Shown: positions 9,459-20,688, numbered from the whole stretch's first letter. The stretch: 63,806 nucleotides of DNA, filler included, from Thermodesulfobacteriota bacterium (GCA_036381125.1; 6 parts of 6 records of this genome joined end to end with filler, not necessarily neighbours in it), one strand, 5' to 3'. Notes: generated by a model not told the origin, from the letters alone. A program made the numbers and translations.

Positions 9459-10790
9459 ATGGCCGACGCGACGACGGTAAAGGTGCTCAAGGGGAGCCGG
9501 CTCATCGACGGGACGGGCCGGGAGGTCTCGAAGGACGCCGTGGTGGTGATCGACGGCGACACGATCCGCCAGGTCGGCGCGGAGGCGGACGTGCGGGTCC
9601 CGCCGGGCGCCCACGTGGAGGAGTTTCCCGGCTGTACGCTCATGCCCGGCCTCATGGACTGTCACCTCCACCTGACCGCGCACAACGTCCTCACGTTCAA
9701 GAACTACCGGGCCGCGGGCGGCGAGACCTCGCCGCAGCAGATGCTCCTCTACGCCCTCTTCCACGCGCAGCTCTGCTTCGAGATGGGCTTCACGACGCTG
9801 CGGCACCTCGGCTGGGCGAGCGGGCACGGCCTCGACGTCGACGAGATGGTGGCCCTGCGCGAGGCGATCGAGGCGGGCATCGTCGCGGGGCCTCGCCTCA
9901 GGGTGGCCGGGTGGACGGTCATCACGGGCTCCCATCTCGACCTCTGCCTGCCGCGCCGCGGCTTCCGGACCGACCCGGACCAGACGGCCGACGGGCCGTG
10001 GGCGCTGCGCCGGCTCGCCAGGAAGCACCTGCGCACCGGGACCGACTTCCTGAAGACCTGCGTCTCCGGCGGCGGCGGGACCGACAAGGAGGAGCCCGAC
10101 GTCCGGAACATGACGCAGGAGGAGCTGGACGCGATCGTCGACGAGGCCCATGCCTTCCACAAGCGGGTGGCCGTCCACTGCTTCACGCCCCAGGCGCAGA
10201 AGATGGCCATCCGGGCCGGCGCCGACACGATCGAGCATACGGTCTTCACCGACGACGAGGCGCTGGCCATGATCCTCGAGCGCGACGTCCCGGTGACGCC
10301 GACGCTCATGCATCGCACCGATCACGCCATCGACGTCCGCCGCCGGAACGGGACGCCCGAGTTCGTCACGCGGAAAATGAAGACGATCCAGCCGCACGCC
10401 TACGAGTGCTTCAAGCGGATGCACCGGGCGGGCGTCACGCTGGCCATGGGCACCGACACCCAGCTCGACCCCGAGATGGGGGCCAACGCCGGCGAGCTGG
10501 AGCTGTACGTGAACCTGGGGATGACCCCCATGGAGGCCATCCAGACGGCGACGCGCAACGCCGCCCGGGCGATCGGGGTGGACGCGATCACCGGGACGCT
10601 GGTGCCCGGGAAGCTGGCCGACGTGATCGCCGTGGAGGGCAACCCGCTCGCCGACGTCCGCTTGCTTCAGGAGCGCGAGAAGATCAAGCTCGTCATGAAG
10701 GAGGGGAAGATCTTCGTGGACCGTCGGCCGGGCCGGCGCAAGGAGGTCATCCACGACGAGTCTCGCGACTGGATCCAGATCGACGCGTAG
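9459..10790 (+). CDS. Metal-dependent amidohydrolase (Xaa-Pro dipeptidase-like subgroup)
   Basis: MPGLMDCHLH, AVH, TIEH, MGTD, GKLAD. Confidence 0.88.
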   Translation: MADATTVKVLKGSRLIDGTGREVSKDAVVVIDGDTIRQVGAEADVRVPPGAHVEEFPGCTLMPGLMDCHLHLTAHNVLTFKNYRAAGGETSPQQMLLYALFHAQLCFEMGFTTLRHLGWASGHGLDVDEMVALREAIEAGIVAGPRLRVAGWTVITGSHLDLCLPRRGFRTDPDQTADGPWALRRLARKHLRTGTDFLKTCVSGGGGTDKEEPDVRNMTQEELDAIVDEAHAFHKRVAVHCFTPQAQKMAIRAGADTIEHTVFTDDEALAMILERDVPVTPTLMHRTDHAIDVRRRNGTPEFVTRKMKTIQPHAYECFKRMHRAGVTLAMGTDTQLDPEMGANAGELELYVNLGMTPMEAIQTATRNAARAIGVDAITGTLVPGKLADVIAVEGNPLADVRLLQEREKIKLVMKEGKIFVDRRPGRRKEVIHDESRDWIQIDA

Positions 10791-10820
10791 GGCCCGCGGC
10801 GGGGCCCCGAGGGGACGGCG

Positions 10821-11594
10821 ATGAAGCCGGCGATCGAGCGAACGCTCTGGTTCGTGGCGCCCTTCCTGGTGATCGGGCTCGCCTGGGAGGCGATCGCCCG
10901 GTTCGGCCCCTTCCCGCCGAAGCTGTTCCCCGGCGTGGAGGCGGTCGCCGCGGCGCTCGGGCGACTGGTCGCCTCCGGGGTCCTCTTCGAGCACATCGGC
11001 GGCACGCTCGTCCGCCTCGTCGTCGGCTTCGCCATCGGCGCCGTCGTGGGGCTCGTCGTGGGGGTGCTCATGGGGCGGTATCGGGCCGCCGAGGACCTCT
11101 GCCTCCCGCTCGTCAGCATCGGGGCGCCGATCCCCGGGCTCGCCTACGCCCCGCTCTTCATCCTCTGGTTCGGCCTCGGCGACCGGTCAGCCGTGCTCCT
11201 GGTGGCCTTCGCCACGACCTTCCCGGTCGTCACCAACGTCTGGACCGGAGTCAAGACCGTCCGCCCCGTCTGGATCCGCGCGGCCGAGGCGATGGGGCTC
11301 TCCGATCGGCAGCTCTTCCGGAAAGTCATCCTGCCCGCGGCGCTGCCGCTCTCGCTGACCGGCCTGCGCCTCGGGCTGGCGCGGGCGTGGCGCGTGCTCG
11401 TCGCGGCCGAGATGCTCACGGCCGTCCCGGCCGGCCTCGGCTGGCTCATCTTCGGCGCCCGGGAGTTCCTGAACACCGACGTCATGCTGGCCGGCATCGC
11501 GGTCATCGGCCTGATCGGCCTGGCCCTCGAGAAGCTGGTCTTCGAGCGGATCGAGCGGTTCACCGTGGTCCGCTGGGGGATGGTCACGGCATGA
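10821..11594 (+). CDS. NitT/TauT ABC permease
   Basis: ILWFGLG, EAA-like loop, AAEML. Confidence 0.9.
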   Translation: MKPAIERTLWFVAPFLVIGLAWEAIARFGPFPPKLFPGVEAVAAALGRLVASGVLFEHIGGTLVRLVVGFAIGAVVGLVVGVLMGRYRAAEDLCLPLVSIGAPIPGLAYAPLFILWFGLGDRSAVLLVAFATTFPVVTNVWTGVKTVRPVWIRAAEAMGLSDRQLFRKVILPAALPLSLTGLRLGLARAWRVLVAAEMLTAVPAGLGWLIFGAREFLNTDVMLAGIAVIGLIGLALEKLVFERIERFTVVRWGMVTA

Positions 11595-12358
11595 GGCGCG
11601 TGCGTGGAGCGGCCGGAATCGTCCTGGCGGCGCTCGCCTGGGAGGCGCTCGCGCGAAGCGGCGTCTTCCCTCGCGCCCTCGCGCCGGACCTCCGGGCCGT
11701 CGGCGGCGCACTCTGGCAGATGGCGCTCGACGGGACGCTGGCCATGCACATCGGCTGGACGCTCGCACGGATCCTCGTCGGGCTCGCCATCGCGGCGAGC
11801 ATCGGCATCCCGCTCGGCCTGCTGATGGGGCGGTTCCGGCCGGTGGAACGCTTCGTCGCGCCGATCGTCAACGTCCTCATGCCGATCCCGTCGCTCGCCT
11901 GGGTGCCGATGCTGATCCTCTGGTTCGGCCTCGGCAACACGGCGACGATCGCCCTGGTCGTGTACGCGGCGAGCTTCCAGTTCGTCTACAACGCCTGGGC
12001 CGGCGTCCGCGCCGTCAACCCCATCTGGATCCGCGCGGCCGTCGCCATGGGCGCCGACGAGCGCACCCTCTTCCGCCGCGTGGTCCTCCCCGGGGCGCTG
12101 CCCTACGTCATCACCGGCTTCCGGCTCGCCTTCGCGCGCTCGTGGATCGCCGTCGTCGGCGGCGAGATGATCGCCGCGAGCCAGTGGGGGCTCGGCTGGG
12201 TCATCTTCGACGCCAAGGAGTTCCTGAACGCCGACGTCATGATGGCCGCCCTCCTGGTGATCGGTCTGCTCGGCCTCGCGTTCGAGCGGTTCGCCTTCCA
12301 GGGGATCGAGCGACGGACGGTCGCCCGGTGGGGCATGGTCCGCACGGCCGCCGCGTGA
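11591..12358 (+). CDS. NitT/TauT ABC permease (second paralog)
   Basis: PIPSLAWVP..ILWFGLG, LPGALP, GEMIA; ATGA overlap. Confidence 0.9.
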   Translation: MRRVRGAAGIVLAALAWEALARSGVFPRALAPDLRAVGGALWQMALDGTLAMHIGWTLARILVGLAIAASIGIPLGLLMGRFRPVERFVAPIVNVLMPIPSLAWVPMLILWFGLGNTATIALVVYAASFQFVYNAWAGVRAVNPIWIRAAVAMGADERTLFRRVVLPGALPYVITGFRLAFARSWIAVVGGEMIAASQWGLGWVIFDAKEFLNADVMMAALLVIGLLGLAFERFAFQGIERRTVARWGMVRTAAA

Positions 12359-12374
12359 GGCACGGAGACCCGCC

Positions 12375-13145
12375 ATGAGCCAGATCGAGGTCCAGCACGT
12401 CACGCTCGAGTACGAGGCGGAGGGCAGGCGCGTCACGGCGCTGCGCGACGTGAGCGTCGAGGTCGGGACGTCCGAGTTCCTCTGCATCCTCGGGCCGAGC
12501 GGCTGCGGGAAGACGACGCTCCTCAACATCCTGGCCGGGTTCCTCGAGCCGACCGCGGGCCGGGTGCGGATCGGCGGCCGGCCGGTCGTCAGGCGGGGGC
12601 AGGACCGCGGGGTCGTCTTCCAGGACTTCGCCCAGCTCTTTCCCTGGCGGACGGCGCGCGGCAACGTCGAGTTCGGCCTCGAGATCCGCGGCGTCCCGAC
12701 CGATCGCCGCCGGGAGACGGCGCTCGAGTTCCTGCGGCTGGTGAAGCTCGAGGCCTTCGCGGACGCCTATCCGAGCCAGCTCTCCGGCGGCATGCAGCAG
12801 CGGGTCGCCATCGCCCGGGCGCTCGCGTACAGCCCGGCCGTCCTCCTCATGGACGAGCCGTTCGCGGCGCTCGACGCCATGACCCGTGACGACATGCAGC
12901 GCCTGCTCGTGGACGTCTGGCAGGCGACGCGCAAGACGGTCGTCTACGTGACGCACAACGTGGCCGAGGCGGTCTACCTCGCCGACCGGATCGTCGTCAT
13001 GGCGCCGCACCCCGGGACGGTGAAGGCCGAGCTCCGGGTGCGCATCGCGCGACCGAGGGACCCGCTCGGGGCCGAGTTCGTCGACACGCAGCGGCGGGTC
13101 CTCACGGAACTCGGCGCGCGCGCCGGCGCGGCCGAGGTCGCCTGA
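12375..13145 (+). CDS. NitT/TauT ABC ATP-binding protein
   Basis: [24 protein letters not shown]. Confidence 0.93.
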   Translation: MSQIEVQHVTLEYEAEGRRVTALRDVSVEVGTSEFLCILGPSGCGKTTLLNILAGFLEPTAGRVRIGGRPVVRRGQDRGVVFQDFAQLFPWRTARGNVEFGLEIRGVPTDRRRETALEFLRLVKLEAFADAYPSQLSGGMQQRVAIARALAYSPAVLLMDEPFAALDAMTRDDMQRLLVDVWQATRKTVVYVTHNVAEAVYLADRIVVMAPHPGTVKAELRVRIARPRDPLGAEFVDTQRRVLTELGARAGAAEVA

Positions 13146-13163
13146 CGGACGGGGAGGCGCCTC

Positions 13164-14222
13164 GTGACGGGTCATCGCGCCGCCGTCCTCTACGGGCCCG
13201 AGGACCTGCGGGTGGTCGAGGTCGAGCGGCCCGGGGCCGGGCCGGGCGAGGTCGTGGTGCGCGTCATGGCGACGGCGCTCTGCGGTTCGGACGTGCACGC
13301 CTACCTCGGCCGGCTGCCCCGGATCCGCTTCCCGCAGATCCTCGGGCACGAGCTGGCCGGCGTCGTCGTCGAGGCCGGCGCCGGCGTCGCCGCCCTGCGC
13401 GTCGGCGACCGCGTCTGCATCGAGAACCACATGCACTGCGGCGCCTGCGAGTTCTGCCTCGAGGGCCGGATCAACATCTGCCGGCAGGCGCGCTCCATCG
13501 GCTTCAGCCTCCCGGGCGGCTTCGGGCAGCACGTCGTCGTGCCGGAGCGGTTCGCCGTCCTTCTGCCCGACTCGCTGTCGTTCGAGGCCGGCGCGCTGAT
13601 CCAGCCGCTCAGCGTCGCCTACCACGCCGTGGTCCGGCGGGGGCGGGTCACGCCCGGCAGCCGCGTCCTCGTCATCGGCAGCGGGTCGATGGGCCTCTGC
13701 GCGCTGGCCGTGGCCGCGGCGTGCGGGGCCGAGGTCTACCTGAGCGGGTCGTCGCCGAACCGCCTCGAGCTGGCGCGGCGGATGGGCGCGGCCGAGACCC
13801 TCGACGTCCGCGAGGCGGACGCGTACCGACGGGTGCGCGACCTCACCGGCGGCCGCGGCGTCGACGTCGCCTTCGAGTGCGCGGGCGGGGACCAGGACGC
13901 GACGCTGCGCCAGGCGCTCGGCGCGGTCAAACGGGGCGGGCGGGTCGTCCAGGTGGGCACGTTCGCCGAGAACCGCGCCACCGTCCCGGCGAACGACCTG
14001 CAGGACCAGGAGCTGGAGCTGCTCGGCGCCCGCGGCCACCCGAACGCCATCGAGCCCTGCATCCGGCTCGTGGCCGACGGGATCGTCGACGTCGCGCCGA
14101 TGGTCACGCACCGCGTCGGGCTCGAAGGGGCGGCGGACGCCCTCCGGATGATGGCCTTCGAGCGGAGCCGCGGGGTGAAGACGCTGCTCCTCCCGAACGG
14201 CGCCGCCGGCGCCGCGGGCTAG
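13164..14222 (+). CDS. Zn-dependent alcohol/sugar-alcohol dehydrogenase
   Basis: CGSDVH, GHE, CGACEFC..G..NIC. Confidence 0.9.
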   Translation: MTGHRAAVLYGPEDLRVVEVERPGAGPGEVVVRVMATALCGSDVHAYLGRLPRIRFPQILGHELAGVVVEAGAGVAALRVGDRVCIENHMHCGACEFCLEGRINICRQARSIGFSLPGGFGQHVVVPERFAVLLPDSLSFEAGALIQPLSVAYHAVVRRGRVTPGSRVLVIGSGSMGLCALAVAAACGAEVYLSGSSPNRLELARRMGAAETLDVREADAYRRVRDLTGGRGVDVAFECAGGDQDATLRQALGAVKRGGRVVQVGTFAENRATVPANDLQDQELELLGARGHPNAIEPCIRLVADGIVDVAPMVTHRVGLEGAADALRMMAFERSRGVKTLLLPNGAAGAAG

Positions 14223-14233
14223 CGGAGACCGGC

Positions 14234-14971
14234 ATGCGACTCCTCGACGGCGTGTACCTCGTCGGCAGCGGCACGATCGGGCTCTCGGCGCCCACCGACT
14301 GCAACGTCTACGTCGTCGACGCCGGCGAGTCGCTCGTGATGGTGGACGCCGGCTCGGGCATGGCGCCCGCGGACATCCTGGACAACCTGCGGGCCGACGG
14401 CCTGGACCCCGCCCGCCTCTCCCACATCGTGCTCACCCACTCCCACTGGGACCACGTGCGGGGCTGCCGGGCGCTCGCCGCCGGCGGGGCCGCCGTGCTG
14501 GTCCACGAGGCGGGGCGCGCCGTCGTCGAGGAGGGGCCGTATGCCCGCCGCGACGTCTCCGTCGAGCCGGTCCGCGTGAGCCGCACCCTCACGGGCGGCG
14601 AGCGGCTCGCGATCGGACGCGTCGACCTCGAGGTCGTCGCGCTGCCGGGCCACAGCCTCGACTCGATCGCCGTCCGGCTCGTGGCCGACGGCCGTTCGGT
14701 CTGCTTCACCGGCGACACGGCGCTCGCCATGGGGATCTGCGGGCCGACGGCGCCGGAGGACATGGGGACGCTCAAGTCCAGCGTGGCGCGGCTCGACGCG
14801 CTCGGCATCGACGCGCTGCTGCCGGGCCACGGCCTCTTCGTGCTGCGCGGCGGCCGCGATCACGTGGCGCTCCTCGATCGAAAGCTCCGAGAGCGCTGGT
14901 ACGACGCCTACGTGCACCCGTCCCCGTTCTCGCCCGCCTGGCACCTCGCCAGGGGGGCGGCGCCGGGGTAG
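14234..14971 (+). CDS. MBL-fold metallo-hydrolase
   Basis: THSHWDH, PGH, FTGD, LPGHG. Confidence 0.88.
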   Translation: MRLLDGVYLVGSGTIGLSAPTDCNVYVVDAGESLVMVDAGSGMAPADILDNLRADGLDPARLSHIVLTHSHWDHVRGCRALAAGGAAVLVHEAGRAVVEEGPYARRDVSVEPVRVSRTLTGGERLAIGRVDLEVVALPGHSLDSIAVRLVADGRSVCFTGDTALAMGICGPTAPEDMGTLKSSVARLDALGIDALLPGHGLFVLRGGRDHVALLDRKLRERWYDAYVHPSPFSPAWHLARGAAPG

Positions 14972-15073
14972 CGCGTGCGGTCGGCCGGGCGCACGTCGGG
15001 GAGCGGCCACCTGCGGTCGTCGAACTCTCGAGAGGCGGGCGTGACGCGACTGTCACCGAGCAAGGAGGAGGAG

Positions 15074-16069
15074 ATGAAGGCACTCCACACGACCAGGCGC
15101 GAGGCGATCGGGATGATCGGCTGCGCGACGCTCGCGGCCGGCTGGCTCTCGCGCGCCGGCAGCGCGGCGGCGGCGAGACCCGCGATCTCCTTCGGCTATC
15201 AGGCGACGCTCTGGGGGGCGCCGGCCATCGTGGCCGAGGACGAGCGGCTCTTCCAGGGGCTCGGCGCGGACGTCCGGATGAAGCGCTTCTCGTCGGGCAA
15301 GGCGATCCGGGACGCCATGATCGCGGAGGGGGTCGACATGGGATCGCTCGGCGGCACCCCCTTCATCGTCGGCGTGGCCAAGGGCGAGGTGGCCGCCGTC
15401 GCCGCCATGGCGTACGCGGGGCGCACGCTCATGGTCGTCGCCCACAAGGACGCCGGCATCACGAGCATCGCGGACCTCAAGGGGAAGAAGGTCGGCTCGC
15501 AGCGCGGCTCGAGCACCGACCACATCTTCCAGAACACGATCCTGCCCGCGTTCGGCCTGTCGAAGGGCGACGTGCAGATCGTCAACGTGTCGTTCCAGGA
15601 CCACGTGTCCGCCCTCGCGAGCCGGTCGGTCGACGCCTTCGCCGGCGTGGACCCGTACCCGACCATCACCGAGCACATGGGGATCGGCGTCGTCCTGACG
15701 GACTACTCGAAGTACGATCTCACCCCGGTGCTCATCGCCGTCAACCGGCCGGTCCTCGAGAAGAGCCCCGGCGCCGTGGTGGAGTTCCTGAAGGGGTGGC
15801 TCCGGAGCGTCCGGATCTTCAAGGAGGGCCCGGAGCGGGCGACGACGGTCGTCTGGAACAACTTCAAGGCCCAGGGCTACGACGTGCCGAAGGCGGTGAT
15901 CAAGACCTCCCTCTCGCACATGGCGATCACCCCGGAGTTCATCCCGGAGCTCAAGCCGTACCTGATCGAGCAGTCGAAGCTCCTCGTGGAGCAGCGGCAG
16001 ATCGACAGGGTCCCGGACTGGGACCGTGAGCTCGTCCGGGGGCCGCTCGCGGAGGCGATGAAGGCCTAG
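15074..16069 (+). CDS. NitT/TauT (SsuA-like) ABC substrate-binding protein
   Basis: Strong SD, twin-Arg-like signal [16 protein letters not shown]. Confidence 0.85.
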   Translation: MKALHTTRREAIGMIGCATLAAGWLSRAGSAAAARPAISFGYQATLWGAPAIVAEDERLFQGLGADVRMKRFSSGKAIRDAMIAEGVDMGSLGGTPFIVGVAKGEVAAVAAMAYAGRTLMVVAHKDAGITSIADLKGKKVGSQRGSSTDHIFQNTILPAFGLSKGDVQIVNVSFQDHVSALASRSVDAFAGVDPYPTITEHMGIGVVLTDYSKYDLTPVLIAVNRPVLEKSPGAVVEFLKGWLRSVRIFKEGPERATTVVWNNFKAQGYDVPKAVIKTSLSHMAITPEFIPELKPYLIEQSKLLVEQRQIDRVPDWDRELVRGPLAEAMKA

Positions 16070-16148
16070 CGGCCCCGGCCCGGGGCGCATCCGCGGGGGC
16101 GCCCCGGGCGATACAATCCTCTCCGGGACACCGAGCCAGGGGGGGACC

Positions 16149-18099
16149 GTGCGTCCGGGCGACCCGTTCTTCAACCTCTACTCGCACGACTTCGTCAGGG
16201 TCGCCGTGGCGACGCCCGAGGTGCGGGTGGCCGACCCGGCCTTCAACGGCCGGGAGACCGCCCGGCTCCTCGAGCGGGCCGCGGCCGAGCGTGCCGTCCT
16301 CGCCGTCTTCCCGGAGCTGGGGCTCTCGGCCTACACCTGCGAGGACCTCTTCCACCAGCGCGCCCTCCTCGACGCCTGCGAGCGAGCGCTCGGCACGCTG
16401 CTCGACGCCTCGCGGGCGCTGCCGGTGACCGGAATCGTCGGCATGCCGGTGGCGGTCGACTCCCGGCTCTACAACTGCGGGGTCGTCCTGCACCGGGGCG
16501 AGATCCTCGGCGTGGTGCCGAAGACCTACCTGCCGACCTACAGGGAGTTCTACGAGGGCCGGCACTTCGCGCCGGGCGACCAGGCGGCGCGGCGGACGGT
16601 CGACCTGGCGGGCCGCCGCGACGTCCCGTTCGGACCCGACCTCCTCTTCCGGGCCGAGGGCCAGCCGCTCCTCACGCTCCACGTCGAGATCTGCGAGGAC
16701 CTCTGGGTGCCGATCCCGCCCTCGTCGTACGCCGCGCTCGCCGGCGCGACGGTCCTCGTCAACCTCTCCGCGTCGAACGTGACCGTCGGCAAGGCGGAGT
16801 ACCGCCGCCAGCTCGTCGGCAACCAGTCGGCACGCTGCCTCGCCGCCTACCTCTACTCGGCCGCGGGGCCGGGCGAGTCGACGACCGATCTGGCGTGGGA
16901 CGGCCACGCCCTCGTCTGCGAGAACGGCCGGGTCGTCGCCGAGTCTCGCCGCTTCGATCGGGGCGGGCAGCTCCTCCTCGCCGACCTCGACCTCGAGCGC
17001 CTGGCGCAGGAGCGGATGCGGCAGACGACCTTCGCCCAGGCGGCGGCCCGGTCGCTCGACCGGGCGCGCGCGTTCCGCACGGTGGCGCTGCCGTTCGAGC
17101 GGCCGCGCGACGCCCGGCTCGCGCTGCTCAGGCCGCACGACCGGTTCCCGTACGTCCCCTCCGACCCGGCGACGCGCGACGAACGCTGCCGCGAGGTCTA
17201 CGAGATCCAGGCGCAGGGCCTCGCCACGCGCCTCGAGGCCTCCGGGGTGCCACGCGTCGTGATCGGGGTGTCGGGCGGGCTCGACTCGACCCAGGCCCTT
17301 CTCGTCTGCGCCAGGGCGATGGACCGGCTCGGCCGGCCGCGCCGCGACATCCTCGCCTACACGATGCCGGGGTTCGCCACGAGCCCGCGCACGCTCGACC
17401 AGGCGCGCCGCCTCATGCACGCCATCGGCTGCCGCGCCGAGGAGATCGACATCCGGCCGTCGGCCGAGCGGATGCTGCGCGACATCGGGCACCCGTTCGC
17501 GGAGGGCCAGGCGGTCTACGACACCACCTTCGAGAACGTGCAGGCGGGCGAGCGGACGAGCCACCTCTTCCGGCTCGCCAACCTCCACGGCGGCCTCGTC
17601 GTCGGGACGAGCGACCTGTCGGAGCTGGCCCTCGGCTTCTGCACCTACGGCGTGGGCGACCACATGGCCCACTACCACGTGAACGCGAGCGTGCCGAAGA
17701 CGCTCGTGCAGTACCTCGTCCGGTGGGTGGCGGCCTCCGGGCAGCTCGGCGCCGAGGCGAGCGCGGTGCTGGCCGAGATCGCGGCCACCGAGTTCAGCCC
17801 CGAGCTGGTCCCCGGCGATGTCGACGGCACCGGGCCCGCCCAGCGGACCGAGGCGCTGATCGGGCCGTACGAGCTGCACGACTTCGCGCTCTACTACATC
17901 CTCCGCTTCGGGTACGCGCCGCCGAAGGTCGCCTTCATGTCCCACGAGGCCTGGGGCGACGCCGGCCGCGGCGCCTGGCCGGACGTCCCGCCCGAGCGGC
18001 GCCGCGCGTACCGCCTCGGCGAGATCAAGCGAACGCTCGCGGTCTTCCTGCGACGGTTCTTCGAGACGAGCCAGTTCAAGCGAAGCTGCATCCCTGACG
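16149..18099 (+). CDS. nadE: Glutamine-dependent NAD+ synthetase (3' partial)
   Basis: Nitrilase domain (FPEL, ICEDLW) plus [31 protein letters not shown] -10 at 16112-16117. Confidence 0.95.
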
Positions 18100-18199
18100 N
18101 NNNNNNNNNNNNNNNNNNNNNNNNNNNNNNNNNNNNNNNNNNNTTAATTAATTAANNNNNNNNNNNNNNNNNNNNNNNNNNNNNNNNNNNNNNNNNNNN
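18100..18199. other. Artificial contig spacer (N-run + TTAATTAATTAA); also at 27930-28029, 33017-33116, 48032-48131, 61404-61503
   Basis: Identical 100-bp linker with stops in all six frames. Confidence 0.98.
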
Positions 18200-18412
18200 G
18201 AGCAGCGCCGCCGCCCGGTTCACGTGGACCCGATGCGCCAGGGCGACCGCGAGGAGGAGCCCGAGCCCGAAGGTCGGGAAGATGCCGAGGAACACCCCGA
18301 GCGCGACACCGCCGCCGATCTTCTCGGGCGAGTCGTCGATCCGGACGAGCCGAAGGTAGTAGTAACGGAGAACCCGGCCGACCCGCCGGCTGACCCCCTG
18401 ACTAGCTCGCAT
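18200..18412 (-). CDS. DUF2062-like membrane protein (3' partial)
   Basis: DSPEKIGGGVALGVFLGIFPTFG pattern. Confidence 0.75.
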
Positions 18413-18438
18413 CGGCCCCCGGGACGCTCGGTCCCTCG

Positions 18439-18504
18439 CGGTCCAACTACCTGACTACGCGGTGCAACTACCAGTCTACCCGGTCCATCTACCCGACTAC
18501 TCGG
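18439..18504. repeat. 3 x 21-bp imperfect tandem repeat
   Basis: cggtccaactacctgactacg / cggtgcaactaccagtctacc / cggtccatctacccgactact. Confidence 0.8.
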
Positions 18505-18570
18505 AGAGACGGCGGAGTGTACCACGCCGGCCCCGATTTTCCAATCGAGGCGCGCCCTTAGCCTCGCCGC

Positions 18571-19656
18571 TCACTCGCCCGCGTGATCGCCCACCGACTC
18601 GAGCGGCTCGCCGCGCAGCTTGGCCCGCAGGTAGAGGAGGCCGATCCGCCCCAGCGCCGTGATCGGCACGGCGAGCAGGACGCCGAAGATCCCGAACAGC
18701 GTCCCGGCCGCCGTCGCGGCGACGATGACGACGGCCGGGTTCAGCTTGAGTTCACCCCCCTCGATCCTCGGGGACAGGACGAACTGCTCGAGCTGCTGCA
18801 CGGCCACGTACAGCGCGACCACCAGGAGGGCCCGCCCCGGGTCGTCGAAGAGCGTGAGGGCCACCGCGGGGACCGCCGCGAGCACCGGCCCGATGAAGGG
18901 GATCAGGTCGAGCAGCCCGGCCGCGAGCCCGAGGACGAGGGGGTACGGCACGCCGAGGGCCCAGGTCCCGAGCCCGGTCGCGACGCCGATGACACAGGCC
19001 ACGATCAGCCGTCCCCGGAGGAACCTGAGCATGACGAGGTTCACCTCGGCCAGGAGGAAGTCCACCTCGGGCTTGAGGCGCGGCGGGAACCAGGCGAGGA
19101 TCGAGCCGCGGACGCCCGGCGCGGCGAGCAGCATGAACCAGGTGAGGATCGGGACGAGGACGATCGCCAGCACCGAGGCGAGGAAGCCGAAGACCGCGCC
19201 GATGGAGCCCTGCAGGAAGGCGATGGCGAACGCGCCGGCCTGCCCGAGGTACCCCTCGATCGTCCGGCGCCATTGCGGCGGCAACTGCGTCCGGGAGATG
19301 CGGCGCAGGTCCTCCACGATCGCGGCCGCCTGGCTGTAGAACTCCGGCAGTTGCTTCACGAGGGCCGTCACCTGGTCGATCAGCGGCGGCACGACGAGGA
19401 GGCCGGCCGCAACGAGGAGGGCGCCGGCCGCGACGAAGACCACCAGGATCGCCCCCCGGCGGGGGAGCGGCCGCCCCAGGACCCTGAAGACGATCTGCGA
19501 GACGAAGTCCACGACCGGCGCGAGGACGTAGGCGAGCAGCCCCGACAGCACCACGAGCATGACGATGCTGCGCAGGCGGACCACCAGGTAGACCGCCGCG
19601 ACGGCGAGGAGCGCGAGGACGACCCGGCGCGACACCGGGCCGAACGGCTCGGGCAT
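18571..19656 (-). CDS. AI-2E family transporter
   Basis: LAYVLAPVV, LIPFIGP, QQLEQFVLSPRI. Confidence 0.9.
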   Translation of the reverse strand: MPEPFGPVSRRVVLALLAVAAVYLVVRLRSIVMLVVLSGLLAYVLAPVVDFVSQIVFRVLGRPLPRRGAILVVFVAAGALLVAAGLLVVPPLIDQVTALVKQLPEFYSQAAAIVEDLRRISRTQLPPQWRRTIEGYLGQAGAFAIAFLQGSIGAVFGFLASVLAIVLVPILTWFMLLAAPGVRGSILAWFPPRLKPEVDFLLAEVNLVMLRFLRGRLIVACVIGVATGLGTWALGVPYPLVLGLAAGLLDLIPFIGPVLAAVPAVALTLFDDPGRALLVVALYVAVQQLEQFVLSPRIEGGELKLNPAVVIVAATAAGTLFGIFGVLLAVPITALGRIGLLYLRAKLRGEPLESVGDHAGE

Positions 19657-19752
19657 GATCGGCCCGGCCCTGGCAGGCGCCGGCTCCGCTCGCGCGGCGG
19701 GAGGCCCCGGGCCGGCCGTGGTCTGCCGATCGGCCGCCCGGCGCCGCACGCC

Positions 19753-20688
19753 TCAGGTCCCTCCGAGCACCAGGCTGGCCGCACCGAGGATGCCGGCGTC
19801 GTCGCCGAGCGCGGCCCGGGCGAGGACCGTGGTCTCGCCCATCGGCCGGTGCGCGCGGGCGAGCAGCTCCGCGCGGAGCGGGGGCTCGATGAGGTCCCAG
19901 GCCTCGCTCATGCCGCCGCCGACGAGGATGGCGCGCGGGTTGAGGATGTTCACCAGCGTCGCGGCGAGGATCCCGAGGGCGCGCCCCGCGCGGCGGTACA
20001 CCCCGCGGGCCACCTCGGCCTCCGGTCCCTCGCCCGTCTGGGCGAGCCGGGCCACGGCCCTGGCGTCGAGGTTGCCGTCGAGACCGGCCTCTCGCGCCAT
20101 GCGGGCCACCGCGGTGGCCGACGCGTAGCGCTCCGCGCACCCCCGGTTGCCGCACCCGCAGGGGACCGCAGTGTCCGAGCTGTCGATGGTGACGTGTCCC
20201 GCCTCCCCGGCCATCCCCTGCGCGCCGCGCCAGAGGCGACCGTCGAGGACGATGCCGCTGCCGATGCCGGTGCCGAGCGTGAGGAGGACGAAGCTGTCGT
20301 ACGGTCGGCCCGCGCCGACGCAGCCCTCGCCGACCGCGGCCGCGTTGGCGTCGTTCTCGAGGGACACCCGGAGGCCCGTCCGCCTGGTCAGCTCGGCCGC
20401 GATCGGCACGTCCCGCCAGCCCGGGAAGTTGGCCGAGGCCACGACGGCGCCGCCGGCCTGGTCGACGACGCCCGGCACGCCGACGCCAACGCCCACGAGC
20501 CGGCCGCCGGCCGGGACGTCGCGGGCGAGTCGCAGGATCGCGTCGGCCATTCGCCCGAGCACGTGCTCGCGGCCCCGGGAGACCTCGGTGTGGTGCCTGA
20601 GTCGGGCGCCGGCGATGCCGGCATCGCTCACGAGGGCGAGCCTCGTGTTCGTGCCGCCGAGGTCGACGCCGACTGCGTACCGCATCAC
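19753..20688 (-). CDS. ROK family sugar kinase (glucokinase-like)
   Basis: VDLGGT, ENDANAAA.GE, GTGIG, GEAGH, CGCGN.GC.E. Confidence 0.92.
   Translation of the reverse strand: MMRYAVGVDLGGTNTRLALVSDAGIAGARLRHHTEVSRGREHVLGRMADAILRLARDVPAGGRLVGVGVGVPGVVDQAGGAVVASANFPGWRDVPIAAELTRRTGLRVSLENDANAAAVGEGCVGAGRPYDSFVLLTLGTGIGSGIVLDGRLWRGAQGMAGEAGHVTIDSSDTAVPCGCGNRGCAERYASATAVARMAREAGLDGNLDARAVARLAQTGEGPEAEVARGVYRRAGRALGILAATLVNILNPRAILVGGGMSEAWDLIEPPLRAELLARAHRPMGETTVLARAALGDDAGILGAASLVLGGT

Noticed and set aside
18100-18199. TTAATTAATTAA palindrome within N-runs (five copies)
   Set aside because: Artificial contig linker; adjacency across it has no biological meaning
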